This document shows positions 20,059-29,474 of a DNA stretch of 64,000 nucleotides, one piece after another (positions within the stretch are counted from its first letter, which is position 1; every line of letters begins with the position of its first letter). The notes under the pieces were generated by a model that did no database searches, was not told where the DNA came from, and worked only from the letters and a program-made list of their open reading frames with translations. Location of the stretch: assembly GCA_963664395.2 (NCBI GenBank), contig OY761159.2, positions 4,608,001 to 4,672,000 of the forward strand. The letters are read 5' to 3'. Position numbers and translations under genes: made by a program. The DNA is from Candidatus Binatia bacterium. Lineage in GTDB: Bacteria; Desulfobacterota; Binatia; Bin18.

Positions 20059-20388
20059 TCACATAGCGTCATTGGCGAGGCGCGCGCTCACCAACCGGTT
20101 CAGGCTCACCCCCTCCTCTGCTGCCTGTATGGCGAGGGCACGGTGTGTTTCTGGGGGCACGCGTACCATAAACTTTCCGCTATAGGTCCGGTCAGCCAGT
20201 GGCGGCGGCGGAGTTTCTCCGGTGGTTTGCATATCGGCGATACAGGTACGCACCAGCCGCTGGATACCGGCCAAAGCCTTAGCCGGAGTAGATGCCAGCC
20301 AGCTTAACGAAGGGAATTCTGTACACAGGCCAACATGGGCGTTATCTTCGGTGGACCAAGTAATGCGGTAGGTGTAGTGAGTCGTCAT
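20059..20388 (-). CDS. hicB: HicB family antitoxin
   Basis: HYTYRITWS.ED..HVGLC.EFPSLSW; YSGKFMVRVPPETHR.LAIQAAEEGVSLNR. Confidence 0.9.
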   Translation of the reverse strand: MTTHYTYRITWSTEDNAHVGLCTEFPSLSWLASTPAKALAGIQRLVRTCIADMQTTGETPPPPLADRTYSGKFMVRVPPETHRALAIQAAEEGVSLNRLVSARLANDAM

Positions 20389-20564
20389 TTCATGCCCTCC
20401 AATTTCTCAATCGCTTTGATGACCTGGCGAGCTTGATAGGGTTTTGCCATCCCTTTGACGTTCTGGATATTCACTCTGGGGTCATCCGGCCAGGGAGTGC
20501 GGTAGATGCGGTGGCTCGTGCCCTTCTGACGCGGTTCTCCGAGGAGCATCTCGGTATCAGCCAC
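20385..20564 (-). pseudogene. hicA: HicA-like toxin with apparent in-frame internal deletion
   Basis: GTG-ADTEMLL directly joined to GEPRQKGTSHRIYRTPWPDDPRVNIQ..KGMAKPYQARQV; 59 aa, shorter than typical homologs. Stop overlaps the hicB start. Confidence 0.7.
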
Positions 20565-20579
20565 ATGCGCTAAGATATC

Positions 20580-20594
20580 AATAGTGATACTATT
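20580..20594. promoter_or_regulatory. Palindrome upstream of hicA, putative HicB operator
   Basis: aatagt-gat-actatt perfect inverted repeat about 15 nt upstream of the GTG. Confidence 0.5.
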
Positions 20595-20783
20595 CAACAA
20601 GGGCCGGGGAGAAGAAAGAGATAGTCCCTCGTCGCTGTTCAGTTCTCTGCCGCTATACTTCCCGTCGCTGAATGGAGGTGCCGGCAGGTTGCCCGCACCC
20701 CCAGCTTGACCCTGGGGAGATTCGTTTCTATACTCCTCCATACTCAACTCCTTGAATAAACAGAGTAATCTCTTGATATCGCC

Positions 20784-21650
20784 ATGCTGAAAATTTTCCT
20801 CCTGCGCTCGTACTGCCTGACCCGTCTGTCTCTTGTGTTCTTTCTTTTTTTCTCCCCGTCCGTTTTGTTTGCCGAACCCCAGTCCGCGCCGGTCATGCAG
20901 GCTCAGGCCTGGGAGCCGGACATCGACATCCGAGGCTGGTGGATGAGTGAAAAGCTGGACGGCGTGCGCGGCTATTGGACGGGCGAGCAACTCGTTTCTC
21001 GGTCGGGCAACGTGTTTGCCGCGCCGGCCTGGTTTACCGAGAATTTTCCGGCTGTACCGTTAGACGGGGAGCTATGGGTCGGACGGCAGCGGTTCGCCGA
21101 GACCGTCAGCATTGTGCGCCGCCACACACCGCACGACGGCTGGAAGTCGATCCGGTATATGATCTTTGATGCGCCACAGGCCGAGGGCGGCTTTGAGCAA
21201 CGTCTGGCCTTTGCCCGCGAATGGTTTCAGCAGCATCCCAACCCCTACGTGTCCGTCATCGAACACGAAGTGTGCGAAGATGAGCAGCATCTCCGTACAA
21301 AACTAGCCGAGATTGAAGCGCTGGGCGGCGAAGGCCTGATCTTACGCCAGCCCGAATCGGCCTATACCGTCGGGCGCTCGGCCACCATCTTGAAAGTCAA
21401 AACCTTTCAGGAAGCCCAGGCGGTTGTCCTTGAACACCTGTCCGGCTCAGGGCGAAATGCCGGGCGGCTGGGATCATTGCGGGTTGAATTGTCAAACGGC
21501 GTCCGGTTTGCCATTGGTTCAGGTTTTTCCGATGCGGAGCGCGACAGCCCGCCGCCGGTCGGCAGCACCATTCGTTTCAAGCACCAGGGGTATACCAAAG
21601 CCGGAGTTCCCCGGTTCGCCTCGTTTCTGCGCGTCGAGGGGAAGTTCTGA
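20784..21650 (+). CDS. Minimal ATP-dependent DNA ligase (Lig E type) with signal peptide
   Basis: SEKLDGVR (KxDG), LDGELW, GGEGLILR, LKVK motifs, OB-fold GSGFSDAER. Hydrophobic N-terminal leader ending VLFA. Confidence 0.92.
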   Translation: MLKIFLLRSYCLTRLSLVFFLFFSPSVLFAEPQSAPVMQAQAWEPDIDIRGWWMSEKLDGVRGYWTGEQLVSRSGNVFAAPAWFTENFPAVPLDGELWVGRQRFAETVSIVRRHTPHDGWKSIRYMIFDAPQAEGGFEQRLAFAREWFQQHPNPYVSVIEHEVCEDEQHLRTKLAEIEALGGEGLILRQPESAYTVGRSATILKVKTFQEAQAVVLEHLSGSGRNAGRLGSLRVELSNGVRFAIGSGFSDAERDSPPPVGSTIRFKHQGYTKAGVPRFASFLRVEGKF

Positions 21651-21661
21651 CAGAGGGCGCG

Positions 21662-22612
21662 CTAGGCCGAAGCGGGCGGTTCACGGACGACCTTCTCGAA
21701 ATAAGTCATATTGGGATTGGTCATGGCCTCGCCCAACTTTGAATCAAGCCGGTGATGCAAAGCTTCCGTAGCCCATTTACCGATGGCAACGGCTTGATTA
21801 AGGTCCACGCCGGTCTCAATCCCAAGGCCGTTCAGCATATAGACCAGCTCTTCCGAGGACAGATTCCCGGTTGCGCCCGGCGCATTCGGGCAGCCGCCCA
21901 GCCCGCCGCAGGCACTCTCAAGAATGGACACTCCCATTTCCATGGCAGCGTAGCAGTTGGCCAGCGCCATTCCGCACGTGTTGTGAAAATGCGCGGTTAA
22001 TACGGAGGCAGGGACACCCTCGTCTTCACAGGCTTGGATGATTGCTTTAATCGACCGCGGAGTACCGACCCCAATGCTGTCTCCAAGGGCGATTTCGTAA
22101 CAGCCCATAGCCTGGAATCTTTTGACCAGCCGGCCGACCTCTTGAGGATCGACATCACCTTCATACGGACAGCCGGCAACGCAGGAGACCGCGCCGCGCA
22201 CCTTGACGTTGTGTTCTTTTGCCGCGGCAACAACCGGCTCAAAACGTCCGAAGCTTTCTTCAATCGTACAATTGATATTGGCATTACTGAACTGCTCAGT
22301 GGCCGCGCCAAAGATCGTGATGACATTGACACCCGCCCTGAGCGCATCGTGAAAGCCCCGCATATTCGGCACAAGCGCGCTGTATTCCACGCCAGGTTTT
22401 GGTTCGATCTGCCGGGCAACCTGATCCGAGCCCTGCATGGCCGGAATAACCTTGGGGCTCACGAATTCACCCACTTCAATGGCGGGAAACCCCGCCGCGG
22501 AGAGCCGGTTGACCAGCTCAATCCGAAAGTCTACCGGGATCAAATGCTTAAAACCTTCTAAACCATCTCTGGCGGTCAGATCGACGATTTTCACTTTGCT
22601 TGGGAGTGTCAT
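21662..22612 (-). CDS. Hydroxymethylglutaryl-CoA lyase
   Basis: ARDGLE, FVSPK.IP.M, GCPYEG, HFHNT.GMALAN, GLGGCP.APGATGN. Confidence 0.92.
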   Translation of the reverse strand: MTLPSKVKIVDLTARDGLEGFKHLIPVDFRIELVNRLSAAGFPAIEVGEFVSPKVIPAMQGSDQVARQIEPKPGVEYSALVPNMRGFHDALRAGVNVITIFGAATEQFSNANINCTIEESFGRFEPVVAAAKEHNVKVRGAVSCVAGCPYEGDVDPQEVGRLVKRFQAMGCYEIALGDSIGVGTPRSIKAIIQACEDEGVPASVLTAHFHNTCGMALANCYAAMEMGVSILESACGGLGGCPNAPGATGNLSSEELVYMLNGLGIETGVDLNQAVAIGKWATEALHHRLDSKLGEAMTNPNMTYFEKVVREPPASA

Positions 22613-22720
22613 GGGTTTGCCTCCATCTTTTTTCTCACTTGTCTTTTTCACTTGCCCCTGACCTAACACTATGCGGCGCAAAACGGCAAGTAAGGTACAG
22701 GTGACAGGCTCCTGGACAGG

Positions 22721-22957
22721 GTAACGTGTTCCGCCCTCGCCCTGCTCGGGGCTTTTACCGTGCTGCTGGCCGCCACCATCAGCTTCGCCCTCTGGGACCG
22801 CCGCAGTATGCTTCGGCCCATTGAGGGTCGGGTGAAAAGTCTGGAAGAAGAGTTAGCCACCAATCGGCCCCATGTGCGGGCCCTGCTGGAATCCTTACGC
22901 AATCTCAGTCAGCGCGACCCCGAAGTCGCGGCCGTGCTGAAAAACTTTAATCTCTGA
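22721..22957 (+). pseudogene. C-terminal remnant of a TM/coiled-coil protein family (..FALWDRR..RP..)
   Basis: In-frame hydrophobic helix followed by WDRRSMLRP and an amphipathic tail. In-frame TAA at 22691, no convincing start or RBS. Confidence 0.5.
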
Positions 22958-22975
22958 GTGACGAATCACTGTTCG

Positions 22976-23890
22976 TTACTCAACATGTTTCCAGGCGTGG
23001 TAGGAACTGCGTACCAGCGGGCCGGATTCGACATGGCGAAAGCCCAGATGCAGGGCCTCTTCGCGTAAGGCTTTGAACTCGTCCGGATGGACGTAGCGTT
23101 CGACCGGGAGCTGTTCCTTCGACGGTTGGAGATATTGCCCGAGCGTCAGGATATCGCACTCAATCGCTCGCAGGTCACCAAAGACGGTCAGGAGTTCTTC
23201 ATAGGTCTCGCCAAGACCGAGCATGATGCCGGTCTTGGTTTTCAGATTCGAGCGGACGGCTTTGGCTTTCTCCAGAACACGTAAGGAGCGCTCGTACTTC
23301 GCCCCCGGGCGCACCCGTTTGTACAGACGCGGCACACTCTCGGTGTTGTGATTGAAAATAGTGATCGGCGATTCGGCAACAGTGACAACCGCACTTTCAT
23401 TGCCCTGAAAATCGGGGGTCAGGACTTCAATCGCACAGTCGGGATTCAGGTCTTTGATCGCGTTCACGGTCTCGGCAAAATGTTTTGCTCCACCGTCCGG
23501 CAGGTCGTCTCTGTTTACAGACGTGACGACAATATGCGAGAGGTTCATCTTGCGGGCCGCCTCAGCCACGCGGCGGGGCTCTCCGGGGTCGAGAGCCACC
23601 ATGCGACCGTGACTGACCGCACAGAACCGGCAGTTACGGGTACACACGTCACCCATGAGCATGAACGTGGCGGTGCCATGTCCCCAGCATTCAGCAATAT
23701 TGGGACACTGGGCTTCCTGGCACACCGTGTTGAGCTTGAACGTCGAAACAATGGCCCTTGTCTGCGTATAGCCTGGGCCACTCGGCATGCGGACTTTAAT
23801 CCAGTCCGGATGCCGACGCTTTACCGGGCGGCTGCCGTGTGTTCCATTGGATGAGGCTTGAGAGCTGGCGTCTGCAGGCTGGTGTTCCAT
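22976..23890 (-). CDS. lipA: Lipoyl synthase
   Basis: CQEAQCPNIAEC, CTRNCRFC, GQYLQPS, PLVRSSY. Confidence 0.97.
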   Translation of the reverse strand: MEHQPADASSQASSNGTHGSRPVKRRHPDWIKVRMPSGPGYTQTRAIVSTFKLNTVCQEAQCPNIAECWGHGTATFMLMGDVCTRNCRFCAVSHGRMVALDPGEPRRVAEAARKMNLSHIVVTSVNRDDLPDGGAKHFAETVNAIKDLNPDCAIEVLTPDFQGNESAVVTVAESPITIFNHNTESVPRLYKRVRPGAKYERSLRVLEKAKAVRSNLKTKTGIMLGLGETYEELLTVFGDLRAIECDILTLGQYLQPSKEQLPVERYVHPDEFKALREEALHLGFRHVESGPLVRSSYHAWKHVE

Positions 23891-24513
23891 ACAATCTCCT
23901 GATGACCAAATGTTCGAGCAAGGCTTCGTACAACAGTCGCTTTCACTGTATTGAGCGAGATTTCTTCCTGCAACAATTGCTGCATGGATGTCATGCGCAC
24001 GCCCGGCAGTCCGCACGGGATAATAGCCGAGAAATACGACAGGTCAGGATTGACGTTCAAGGCAAAGCCATGAAACGTCACCCAGCGGCGGACGCCAATT
24101 CCGATCGAAGCGATTTTTTCGGTTCCCACCCATACGCCAGTGAGGCCGTCTCTCCGCGTGGCCACAATGTCCCATTCGGCCAGCGTTGTTATTAAGACGT
24201 CTTCAAGCCGGCGCAGATAGCGGTGGACATCTTTGCCGTGTTGTTTCAGGTCCAGAATAGGATAGCCAACCAATTGGCCAGGTCCATGGAAGGTGACCTC
24301 CCCGCCGCGACCGACTCGATGGACCGGCACCTGACCAGGGTCGAGCAGATATTTTTCGTCTCCCCCACGGCCTAACGTAAACACCGGAGGATGTTCGAGA
24401 AGGAGCAGGCTGTCCGGTATCTCATCAGCGTAGCGTCGCGCGACCAGGGTCTGCTGCACTGTCAACGCGCGAGCATAGTCCATCAAACCAAGGTCAGCAT
24501 GTAAAAGTTTCAT
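23821..24513 (-). CDS. lipB: Octanoyltransferase
   Basis: LLEHPPVFTLGR, RGGEVTFHGPGQLVGYP, KIASIG, HGFALN, PCG. Confidence 0.96.
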   Translation of the reverse strand: MKLLHADLGLMDYARALTVQQTLVARRYADEIPDSLLLLEHPPVFTLGRGGDEKYLLDPGQVPVHRVGRGGEVTFHGPGQLVGYPILDLKQHGKDVHRYLRRLEDVLITTLAEWDIVATRRDGLTGVWVGTEKIASIGIGVRRWVTFHGFALNVNPDLSYFSAIIPCGLPGVRMTSMQQLLQEEISLNTVKATVVRSLARTFGHQEIVWNTSLQTPALKPHPMEHTAAAR

Positions 24514-24533
24514 GACACCAGTTCTCAGGCCGG

Positions 24534-25925
24534 CTAGAAATTAATGCCCCGCCCTTCGGCATCTAATGCGGCTTCCATAATCGCTTCAGACAGTGTCGGA
24601 TGGGCATGGACGGTTTCGCTCAACTCGGCGGTGGTTGCTTCCAGCGTTCGAGCCAGACAGACCTCGGCAATGAGGTCTGTCGCACCGCGCCCGACGATGT
24701 GACAGCCCAGGATCTCACCATATTCTTTCTCAACCACCAGCTTGACCATCCCTTCGTCATGTCCGGAAGCGAGCGCCTTGCCCAGCGCGCGGAACGGGAA
24801 GCGCCCGACTTTGACTTCATAGCCCTGCGCCTGGGCCTGCTCTTCGCTCAGCCCAAAGACCGCCACTTGCGGCTGACAATAAATACAGGCCGGGATGCGG
24901 GACGCATCCCGCCCTTTCTCCCGTTCGCCGGTCATGTATTCAACCGAGGCAATACCTTCTTCTGAGGCGGCATGAGCCAAGAGCGGTGGCCCATTTACAT
25001 CCCCGATCGCATAGATTGCGGTATTGGCGGTTTGCATTTGCGCGTTGACCTGCACATAACCGCGCTCAATCTCTACGCCGGCCTCTTCAAGACCAAGGTC
25101 AGCGCTAATAGGAGCCCGACCGACAGCCACCAGGACTTTATTGGCCGTGCGTTCCTTGAAGGTACCGGCGCTATCCAGGTTGACCTCGACCCGGCCCGGA
25201 TATTTTTCCAGACTGTGAAACATCGTCTGTGTCAGGATCTCGATTCCCTTTCTCTTAAATGAGCGTTCCAGCTCCTGCACGATTTCACTATCGACCCCAG
25301 GCAGGAGTTGCTTTTCCATTTCAACAATCGTCACCCGGCAGCCAAACGTGCTGTAGATATAGGCGAACTCCACACCAATCGCACCGCCGCCGATTATGAC
25401 AATGGATTCGGGGATGGCTTGCTCCGTTAATGCCTCATAACTGGTTAAGACCTGCTTGCCATCGACTTCAAGTCCGGGCAGCGTCCGCTCGCGCGAACCG
25501 GTGGCAATCACAATACGCTCGGCTTCAACCTGCTGCGCCTCCTGACCACTGGCTTCAATCACCACGCGATTTTTAGCCTCAAGCCTGCCCGCCCCCTTGA
25601 AGAGGGGCACCTTGTTCTTTTTGAGCAGGTATTCCACCCCTTTGGCCAATCGGCCGGCAACCTGGCGCGAACGCTTGATGACCTGGGGATAATCAAAAGA
25701 CAGCCCACTCACCTTAATGCCATAGCGCTCGCCCTGTTTGAGGTCTTCATACATCTCGGCTGAGGTCAGAATGGCTTTAGACGGAATACAGCCCCAGTTC
25801 AGGCACACCCCACCAGGCTGATCTTTCTCCACTACTGCGACGCTCAGGCCAAGCTGGGCGGCCCGAATGGCGGCCACATAACCTCCCGGGCCTGCTCCAA
25901 TCACCACCAAGTCGTATCGTTCCAT
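24534..25925 (-). CDS. lpdA: Dihydrolipoyl dehydrogenase (E3)
   Basis: GAGPGGY, GGVCLNWGCIPSK, HAHPTLSE. Confidence 0.97.
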   Translation of the reverse strand: MERYDLVVIGAGPGGYVAAIRAAQLGLSVAVVEKDQPGGVCLNWGCIPSKAILTSAEMYEDLKQGERYGIKVSGLSFDYPQVIKRSRQVAGRLAKGVEYLLKKNKVPLFKGAGRLEAKNRVVIEASGQEAQQVEAERIVIATGSRERTLPGLEVDGKQVLTSYEALTEQAIPESIVIIGGGAIGVEFAYIYSTFGCRVTIVEMEKQLLPGVDSEIVQELERSFKRKGIEILTQTMFHSLEKYPGRVEVNLDSAGTFKERTANKVLVAVGRAPISADLGLEEAGVEIERGYVQVNAQMQTANTAIYAIGDVNGPPLLAHAASEEGIASVEYMTGEREKGRDASRIPACIYCQPQVAVFGLSEEQAQAQGYEVKVGRFPFRALGKALASGHDEGMVKLVVEKEYGEILGCHIVGRGATDLIAEVCLARTLEATTAELSETVHAHPTLSEAIMEAALDAEGRGINF

Positions 25926-25934
25926 AGCTGTCCT

Positions 25935-27194
25935 TTACACCATTAAGCCGACCGGGTTTTCGAGTAAATTCTTCAGTTCTTCGAGAAATTGGGCAGCGGT
26001 CGCCCCATCCAATACCCGATGATCGCACGACAGCGTTGCCATCATCGTCCGAGAGATGACCATCTGCCCGTCTCTGACCGCCGGGCGCTCTTTAATAGCA
26101 CTGGTCGCCAGAATCGCCGCCTGGGGAGGATTAATCACCGCCGTAAAGTGTTCCACAGGATACATGCCCAAGTTGGAAATGGTAAAGGTACCTCCAGATA
26201 AATCTTTCGTCGTCGGCTTGCCTGCCCGCGCCCGTTCCACCAGCCCATTTGCCTGGGCGGCGATGTCAAGCAGCGACATCGCCTGACAGCCGTGCAGCAC
26301 TGGTACAATCAACCCATCATCAAGGGCAACCGCAATACCGATATTGATCTCAGCCTTGAGTTCTCGCCCGTTACCGCTAAAAGACGCATTCAGCCGTGGA
26401 TGTCGCCCCAACGCAACCGCGACTGCCTTGACCAATAAATGGGTATAGGTCACCTCGGCGGCAATCCGGTCACTCAGTTTCAGCGAAGTCCGCAGCCGAA
26501 CGGCCTCAGACATATCAATCTCAGTGGTGACATAAAAATGCGGCGCCTCACGCATGCTGGCAGCCATGCGTTTGGCAATAGTCGCCCGCATCCGAGAGAA
26601 CGGCTCCACCGTTCCGGTCGGCGTGACGACTGCCGGCTGAGGCTCCGATTGAGCCGCTACCGTCACAGCCAAAGCCTCGGCGCCTTCAAGGTCTTGCTTA
26701 ATAATCCGGCCGCCCGGTCCACTTCCCCGGACACTGGCGAGTTCAATGCTACGCTCTGCCGCGATTTTCTTGACAATGGGCGAAGCTAAAATCCGTTCGC
26801 CCTTTTTTCGAGCGGGCGGCTTCTTTTTCGGGGTGGCTTCACGGATTTTCCGTACTTTCTTCGCTGCCGGCGGGTCCGCTTTTTGGTCAGACCTTTTCTC
26901 TGAAGGTGGAGTTGATGCAGTTGCTGTTCGTGGCGGTGGAGCAACCCCGACTTCAACCTCTTCTCCTAACAGGGCCAGCACGGTTCCAACCGGGACAGAC
27001 TCGCCCTCTTGAACGCGAATCTCAGTGAGAAAGCCTTCGTCCAAGGCTTCCATTTCCATGTCAGCCTTATCGGTTTCCACCTCAGCGATAATATCGCCGA
27101 CCTCAACCTGCTCCCCGACTTTTTTGAGCCACTTGAGGATTTTCCCTTCCTCCATGGTGTCGCTCATGCGGGGCATGATAACTTCAGTCGCCAT
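25935..27194 (-). CDS. pdhC: Dihydrolipoamide acyltransferase (E2, pyruvate dehydrogenase type)
   Basis: Lipoyl domain ETDKA, E3-binding ASP..GSGPGGRI, catalytic DHRVLDG. Confidence 0.9.
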   Translation of the reverse strand: MATEVIMPRMSDTMEEGKILKWLKKVGEQVEVGDIIAEVETDKADMEMEALDEGFLTEIRVQEGESVPVGTVLALLGEEVEVGVAPPPRTATASTPPSEKRSDQKADPPAAKKVRKIREATPKKKPPARKKGERILASPIVKKIAAERSIELASVRGSGPGGRIIKQDLEGAEALAVTVAAQSEPQPAVVTPTGTVEPFSRMRATIAKRMAASMREAPHFYVTTEIDMSEAVRLRTSLKLSDRIAAEVTYTHLLVKAVAVALGRHPRLNASFSGNGRELKAEINIGIAVALDDGLIVPVLHGCQAMSLLDIAAQANGLVERARAGKPTTKDLSGGTFTISNLGMYPVEHFTAVINPPQAAILATSAIKERPAVRDGQMVISRTMMATLSCDHRVLDGATAAQFLEELKNLLENPVGLMV

Positions 27195-27215
27195 ACTACC
27201 CTCCTGGTCTTTCCT

Positions 27216-27944
27216 TCAGTATAGCAGAGGGAACGGTTGGAAGTGAGCCAGAACGCCGGAACAAACGCCGAGAACAAACGTCGAGAACAAACGAAATGAG
27301 CGTCGATGAGCCGGGCACGGTCCGTACTCGCGCAGGGCCTCACGATGGGCGGCGGTGCCGTAGCCCATATGGCGGGCAAAGCCGTACTGTGGATACTGCC
27401 GGTCCAGTGCAAGCATGAGCCGGTCGCGATACGTTTTCGCAATAATCGATGCCGCCGCAATGGAGTAAATATCCCGATCTCCCTTCTTAAAAGTGGACTG
27501 CGGCGTTGGATAGTCTTTCAGCACACGTCCATCTATCAGTACATGCTCGGGTCGAACCGGCAGTTGGTCCAAGGCCAGCCGCATGGCTTTTAAGCCGGCT
27601 TGGTAGATATTGATCCGATCAATCTCCCCGACCTCAACCACCCCAATGCCAATGCCCGTTGCGATCTGACGGATCTCCGGCTCAAGACGTTCCCGGGCTT
27701 TCTGCGTCAGGGTCTTGGAGTCGCGCACGCCGGCTGGGAAAGGCTCGGGAAGGCTCTGGCCTGCAAGGCTCTCGCCTGCAAGGCTCTCGCCTGCAAGGCT
27801 TGGCGGAAAAACTGCTGCTGCTGCAACCACCGGCCCGGCCAGGGGTCCCATGCCGACCTCGTCTACGCCGGCAACATGACTGAGCCCCGCTCGCCACAGC
27901 TTTTGTTCAACAACAAGTGTCGGATAGATCAGGCGGGAAGCCAC
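27216..27944 (-). CDS. rnhB: Ribonuclease HII
   Basis: AGVDEVGMGPLAGPV, RDSK, LIDG, KGD, IAAASIIAK, GYGT..H. Confidence 0.95.
   Translation of the reverse strand: MASRLIYPTLVVEQKLWRAGLSHVAGVDEVGMGPLAGPVVAAAAVFPPSLAGESLAGESLAGQSLPEPFPAGVRDSKTLTQKARERLEPEIRQIATGIGIGVVEVGEIDRINIYQAGLKAMRLALDQLPVRPEHVLIDGRVLKDYPTPQSTFKKGDRDIYSIAAASIIAKTYRDRLMLALDRQYPQYGFARHMGYGTAAHREALREYGPCPAHRRSFRLFSTFVLGVCSGVLAHFQPFPLLY
27750..27800. repeat. 15-bp tandem repeat x3.4 within rnhB (SLAGE repeats)
   Basis: aaggctctcgcctgc repeated. Confidence 0.9.
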
Positions 27945-27958
27945 GGGGGTTTCTTGCG

Positions 27959-28603
27959 CTAGACCGACGTTTCAGGCTCGTTTTGCTTACGCGCAGATAC
28001 GGCAAACATAGGATCAGAGCCGCCCGGATGAGGACTCCAGTCTTCAAAGACGGCTGTATCGTATCCGCCCACCTGCCGGAAATACGCTTCGATTAGCTCG
28101 GCCCGGCCCGTATCTCTCAGCGTTTGCCACAGGCGAATGGCTTTGGTTGGGAACATCCGGTTGGAGTACAGCACAAGAAAGGGACAGCCGGGCTTCAGCA
28201 CGCGATTCACTTCAGTGAAAATTTCGACCGGGCGGGTCATATATTGAATCGAGACTGCCACCACCACACCGTCAAAATAGGCGTCAGAAAATGGGAGCTG
28301 CGGGTCTACGTTGAGGTTGTGGACGACATATTCATCCAGGTCCGGGTTATCCGCCATCTCCTCGGCGTTGAGCCCGAGTCCGATACATTTTTGCTTCACA
28401 AATCCTTCGGGCAGATGCGAACGCCAACTGCTCATGAGATCCAAAAAGACACCGTTCGGAGTAAACGTCTGGGCGATACACCGCCCGGCTGCAGCAATCG
28501 CTCCGGCGTCAATATGCACGAGTTTGCGCGGAACAGTATAAAAGAGCGCATCATCGTTTTCGTCGAGCCGCTCGAACATGTCCGGGGTCAAACGCTGGTC
28601 CAT
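27959..28603 (-). CDS. Class I SAM-dependent methyltransferase
   Basis: DDALFY..PR..HID, LDLMSSW.SHLP, GLGLN.EE, FDGV...VSIQY, RVLKPG. Confidence 0.85.
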   Translation of the reverse strand: MDQRLTPDMFERLDENDDALFYTVPRKLVHIDAGAIAAAGRCIAQTFTPNGVFLDLMSSWRSHLPEGFVKQKCIGLGLNAEEMADNPDLDEYVVHNLNVDPQLPFSDAYFDGVVVAVSIQYMTRPVEIFTEVNRVLKPGCPFLVLYSNRMFPTKAIRLWQTLRDTGRAELIEAYFRQVGGYDTAVFEDWSPHPGGSDPMFAVSARKQNEPETSV

Positions 28604-28625
28604 GGCGTGTCGGCAGGGCAGAGCC

Positions 28626-29402
28626 TTACTGAAAAAACGCGGCTAGATGCGTCACAGTTTCTTCCGGTTTTTCAAACGGCGGCGCGTGGCCACAGTCGGG
28701 AATCATGGCCAATTGCGAACCTTCAATCCCCTCATGATAGGCACGCCCGTGGGCGAGCGGTATCAGCCGGTCAGATTCGCCCCAGATAATCAGGGTTGGA
28801 ACGGTCACCCGATACAATCGGCTACGCAGCTTTGGGTTGCATAAATGTGGATTCCAGCCCACCCGCGCCGTTGCTTCGCGCGCGCGCATGACGTTTTCAA
28901 GGACTTCTTGGCTTGGTTTGTCAGGGATAAAACTCCGGGCGAGTTCCGACTCCGGATCATGGAAGACTAAGCGGCGTGTTTCCTGTGTATTTGCCGCAAA
29001 AATATCCTCCATTGGGGAGCCGGGTACGCGCAGCCCGGCCGGATTAATCAAGGCGAGCTTTTTCAGGCGATTGCTATAGCGAGTCGCTAATTCGGCGGCT
29101 AACCAACCCCCGAGAGAGAGACCGACCACATAGGGCTGATCGAGCCCTATGTGGTCCATCAAATCCGTATAGTGAAAGACCAAGTCTTCTATGGTGTCTA
29201 TTTGATCCAGCCCTTCAGATTGGCTAAAGCCTGGATGTCCTGGCACATACACGCTGTAATGCTGCGCAAGCTGCTCGAAAAAAGGCAGCCAGACCACCTC
29301 TCCCCCAGCACTATGGAGATACAGAAGTGGGTCTCCGGACCCCCCACTGAGCATTTGGGTCTTCTTGCCACGAATATCAAGAAACTCTTCCCGGAAGGCC
29401 AT
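28626..29402 (-). CDS. Alpha/beta hydrolase
   Basis: HPGFSQS, GLSLGG nucleophile elbow, WGESD, CGH. Confidence 0.9.
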   Translation of the reverse strand: MAFREEFLDIRGKKTQMLSGGSGDPLLYLHSAGGEVVWLPFFEQLAQHYSVYVPGHPGFSQSEGLDQIDTIEDLVFHYTDLMDHIGLDQPYVVGLSLGGWLAAELATRYSNRLKKLALINPAGLRVPGSPMEDIFAANTQETRRLVFHDPESELARSFIPDKPSQEVLENVMRAREATARVGWNPHLCNPKLRSRLYRVTVPTLIIWGESDRLIPLAHGRAYHEGIEGSQLAMIPDCGHAPPFEKPEETVTHLAAFFQ

Positions 29403-29474
29403 AATCTCTCCCTTTTTCGGTCACAGTCCTGTCAGTCAATGCGCTCCCCGTGTACCACATCCCCGGCAGCTTGC

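Noticed and set aside
20385-20990. 201-aa ORF as a long HicA fusion
   Set aside because: The N-terminal part is antisense to the DNA ligase and low in information; only the last 59 codons or so resemble HicA.
21662-22612. Functional link between HMG-CoA lyase and the HMGR-like gene
   Set aside because: They are about 8 kb apart and separated by unrelated housekeeping genes; there is no sequence evidence of co-regulation.
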